64,000 nucleotides of DNA. Source: Eledone cirrhosa (taxonomy: Eukaryota). Positions 60,598-64,000 of the stretch are shown in pieces. The first letter of the stretch is position 1. Every line of letters begins with the position of its first letter. The notes beneath the pieces were generated by a model. It did no database searches, was not told the DNA's origin, and saw only the letters and a list, made by a program, of their open reading frames with translations. The stretch lies in contig OZ024740.1 in the NCBI GenBank assembly GCA_964016885.1, positions 215,078,001 through 215,142,000 of the forward strand, read 5' to 3'. Position numbers and translations under genes: made by a program.

Positions 60598-62192
60598 TCA
60601 TCATCATCGTTTGACGTCTATCTTCCACGCTAGCATGGGTTTAGATGGGAATTGTCCCACTTGTGTAGGACTGTCTGGCGGGTTTTCTACGGCTGGATGC
60701 CCTTCCTAACACCAACCAGGTTTACAGTGTGGACTGAGAGGTTTTTACCGTGTTACCTACACGGCCACATTACAGCGTGGACTGTTTGTGTTTTTTTGGT
60801 TGTGACACCTACATGACATTTATTTCGGACTGGATGTTGTGGTACCAACATAACATTACAGAGGAAGAGGTGGTGTTGATGGGGGTGAGGGTGTGGGAGT
60901 TGGGGTAGTGGGAGGGGGGTGTATATTTGATTAAGAGGTGCCTACTGACTAGGTTTCGCTTTGTACTTAGGCAAGGCGGGTTTTCTGTATTACTGCGTAG
61001 TGCCAAAGATCTCGGTCCAATGACATTGTCTTAGAGAGGTGTAAGTGTGTAAAGTCGGAATTTATCAAATCGTCCCAGGTTTTTTGGGGTCTTGCCTGCT
61101 CCATAACTTCTGTCAATTTTGACGCCCTGCACATTTTTATACAGCTGTCGTCTTTCATGCACATCACGTGACCATACCAACATAGTCTTCTCTCAAGTAA
61201 ACAGCATCTGATCCCTCTTATACCTAATTTCTCACTTAGTTCATTTATGCTTTGCCGTTCGCGTATATTACACATCCAGCGGAGCATGGATGCTTCGTTC
61301 CTCTCCAGTCTGCGCAGATCCTCTGCACACAATGCCCATGTCTCACTGCCATGTAACATAGCTGTTCGTATGCAGGCATCATACAGTCTGCCTTTCATTT
61401 TTACAGTGAAACCTTTAGCGGCCAATAGTGGTATTAGCTCTCTGAACTTTTTCCATCCAGTTCTGACTCTGGCTACTGTAACTTTCAGAACACTCTCCTC
61501 CACTGCTGATTTTGTCACCCAGGTAACCGAAGCTGTCCACTATTTCTATAGGGCCATCTGGGCAATAGAAGGAGCTAGTATCCTGTGGGCGCTTGCTACT
61601 TATTGCACCTGAGCACCGGCCACATATAAAATCTACGTTCTTAGATAGCTTTTCTGTGATCCCACTACACCTTTCATGTACCCATAGCTTGCATTTGGGA
61701 CATAAAATGGAATTTCTGCCTACTCCTTTCCTACACACTGAGCATGGCCATTTCCCAGAGGGGACCTGTGCCCTATTTTCCTTTCTACATACTAGAACTT
61801 TAGTCTCAGACAAGTTAACTTTAAGGGCTTTTGATTCTAAGCCATGCTTCCATGTTTGGAATTTCTTCTCTAGTTCAGCCATCGATTCAGCTATGAGCGT
61901 TAGATCATCTGCATAGAGACATTCCCATGGGCAGCCCGTCTTGAACTCCTCTATTATAGCCTGAAGGGCAATAATAAATAAGAGGGGGCTAAGGACAGAG
62001 CCCTGATGAACACCAACTTTTACACTAAATTCTTCACTATATTCGTTGTTAATTCTAACTTTGCTGACTGTTTCTTTATACATGGCTTGTAAAGCTCTCA
62101 CAAGCCATTCATCAACCCCTAGTTTTCTAAGGGCCCACCAGATAATGCCGCGGGGGCTCTGTCAAATGCTTTCTCCAAGTCAACAAAAGCTA
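60598..62192 (-). mobile_element. RTE family A, longest copy (RT domain to tail; frameshifted)
   Basis: Encodes AFVDLEKAFD, GVHQGSVLSPLLF, LYADDL, a Cys-rich insert (CSVC..CPKC..H.RC..CGRC), YLGD and GSETW. Inserted in a gcatatgcagataatgtgt minisatellite (60330-60597 and 62200-62400). Confidence 0.92.
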
Positions 62193-62884
62193 AGGGTTTA
62201 TTTGCATGTAGATATGCAGGTAATCTGTGCACATATGCATATGCAGATAATGTGTATGTGCAAGTGTACATGTGGATATACAAATGATGTATGTATCTGC
62301 ATATGCAGGTAATGTGTGTATGTATGCATGTGCATATGCAAATGATGTATGTGTATGTGGATATACAGAGGTTGTATGTATGTGTATGTGGATGTGCAAA
62401 GGATGTGTGTGTGTTAATGATAACAAATGAAAGAAAGTACTCAATGCTGACAATTTAACTAATTTATCCTAAACGGACGGTAGTCCGTTTAGTAAATATT
62501 GTTGTGGTCGTGTTTTCGTTGGCAATCGTCTGTTTACGACAGTACAGCGCGGCTCTACTTTATTTAAATGAGATAAAACTTATATGAGCATGAACAGTAG
62601 ATCATTACGCATCTTTTGGCTTAAAAATCTAAAAATTTGGTCCAGCGGGAAAAAGTTTATAATCAAAGTTTGCTGATAAATCTTGTGTTCAAGTGAGTGA
62701 GTAGTAAGCGTGACGCTAGGGGAGGTAATCCAGAAATGACATAGCTTTGTCATTAAGCCAGTTGCCTCAGCTAGATTGCAATTATACTCAAAAGAACTTT
62801 AAAATGTCAATCACTTGTCAGTAATTCACTATGATCATTTAATTATTAGATAGTTGTTGCTTGCATTGCCTTAAAAAATAGTAA

Positions 62885-63979
62885 ACCAGATAGAAAAATG
62901 CGTACAGCAAAAAAAAGTAATATTGTTGGAATATAAACCTTTAAAAATACAGGACAAGAAACTAAAATAAAACTTTTAAAAAATAGGACAAGAAACTAAG
63001 ATAAAACTTTAAAAGAATAGGACAAGAAACTAAGATAAAACTTTAAAGAATTGGACAAGAAATAAAAAATTTTACAATAATATTAGTGGCAAAATTTTTT
63101 TATTCGTTTCCTGTGCTATGCCCCAGTATCTTCTTGATTAGTGCATAATAATTGTCATGCTCTCATTGTGCGTTGCCCCTGAGGGGTTGGTTCTGGTTGG
63201 GGTTGGTTGGCTGAGCAGTTCTGCTCCGTCAGAATGACCATTGCAAGAAGAATTGGCCGATGCAGCTGCAGGTCTCCTCCAAGAATGCACTTCTGGTCCC
63301 GCAACACCAGACGAAGATGGAGAAGATGACCGGGACAAGATGTCGACTCTGACCACCGACTACGCCACCTCCCTCAACCACCGGTCCTCCCTCCCTCTGT
63401 CCCGTCATCCCTCCAGTCCTCCTGTTCCCCCTTCCTGTACCAGAAAGCTGTGGCACGCATTCATCTGGACTGCTGGACTTGAACTCAAAGACAAGATGCA
63501 AGGAGAAGATGGACGGGTTGGTCAAGATCAAGGATGAGCGGGACAACAAGACCGTCTGCTGCTGCTCAAGATCTGTGCTCATGGGCCCATGGGTCCATTC
63601 ACATTATGCATGACACATGAGGCGTGTCGCCGAATGATGAAATAGGGGTATGGTTATGGCCCAATTGGTGTTCAAACCAGGATCAAATGATCCCCCCGGT
63701 CTGACGACGACCTCTGAATGTGGAACCCAGAGCCTATGAATGTGGAACTCGATTTTTTACCAATAAAAATTTTGCCGCTAATATTATTGTAAAATTTTTT
63801 ATTTCTTGTCCAATTCTTTAAAGTTTTATCTTAGTTTCTTGTCCTATTCTTTTAAAGTTTTATCTTAGTTTCTTGTCCTATTCTTTTAAAGTTTTATTTT
63901 AGTTTCTTGTCCTGTATTTTTAAAGGTTTATATTCCAACAATATTACTTTTTTTTGCTGTACGCATTTTTCTATCTGGT
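62885..63979. mobile_element. Non-autonomous DNA element with TIRs of about 220 bp (possibly CMC/EnSpm-like)
   Basis: Left TIR 62885-63104 and right TIR 63762-63979 are near-identical. Termini are ACCAG...CTGGT, each TIR has four 33-34-bp subrepeats (ggacaagaaactaagataaaacttt), and the putative 2-bp TSD is AA. Confidence 0.85.
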
Positions 63980-64000
63980 AACATCATGTGTACTGATCTC

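Noticed and set aside
63138-63582. The three ORFs listed inside the TIR element as real genes
   Set aside because: They are short, overlap on both strands and have no recognisable complete domain. At best they are frameshifted remnants.

Overview
Eukaryotic, very AT-rich, repeat-dominated animal DNA, most likely an octopod cephalopod (inferred from the repeat landscape, not verified). The only host gene I can support is a RELCH/KIAA1468 orthologue on the minus strand. It has three phase-compatible internal coding exons (58283-58389, 34298-34397, 31523-31605), so most or all of the window is probably intronic. The introns hold several kinds of repeat. There are kilobase-scale (TA)n-type microsatellites, at least four RTE-clade LINE families and two tRNA-derived SINE families. 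There is also a near-full-length decayed CR1-type LINE with a Myb/SANT-like N-terminus, plus non-autonomous Helitrons. Penelope-like element (PLE) remnants are numerous, with GIY-YIG fragments, inverted pseudo-LTRs and about ten intact or degenerate hammerhead ribozyme motifs. An 8.6-kb 46/43-bp minisatellite is amplified from the 5' edge of a truncated CR1, and a 1.1-kb element with long terminal inverted repeats (TIRs) carries a decayed GC-rich cargo. Almost all ORFs in the supplied track are microsatellite artefacts. Protein and family assignments come from motif recognition from memory; no searches were run.
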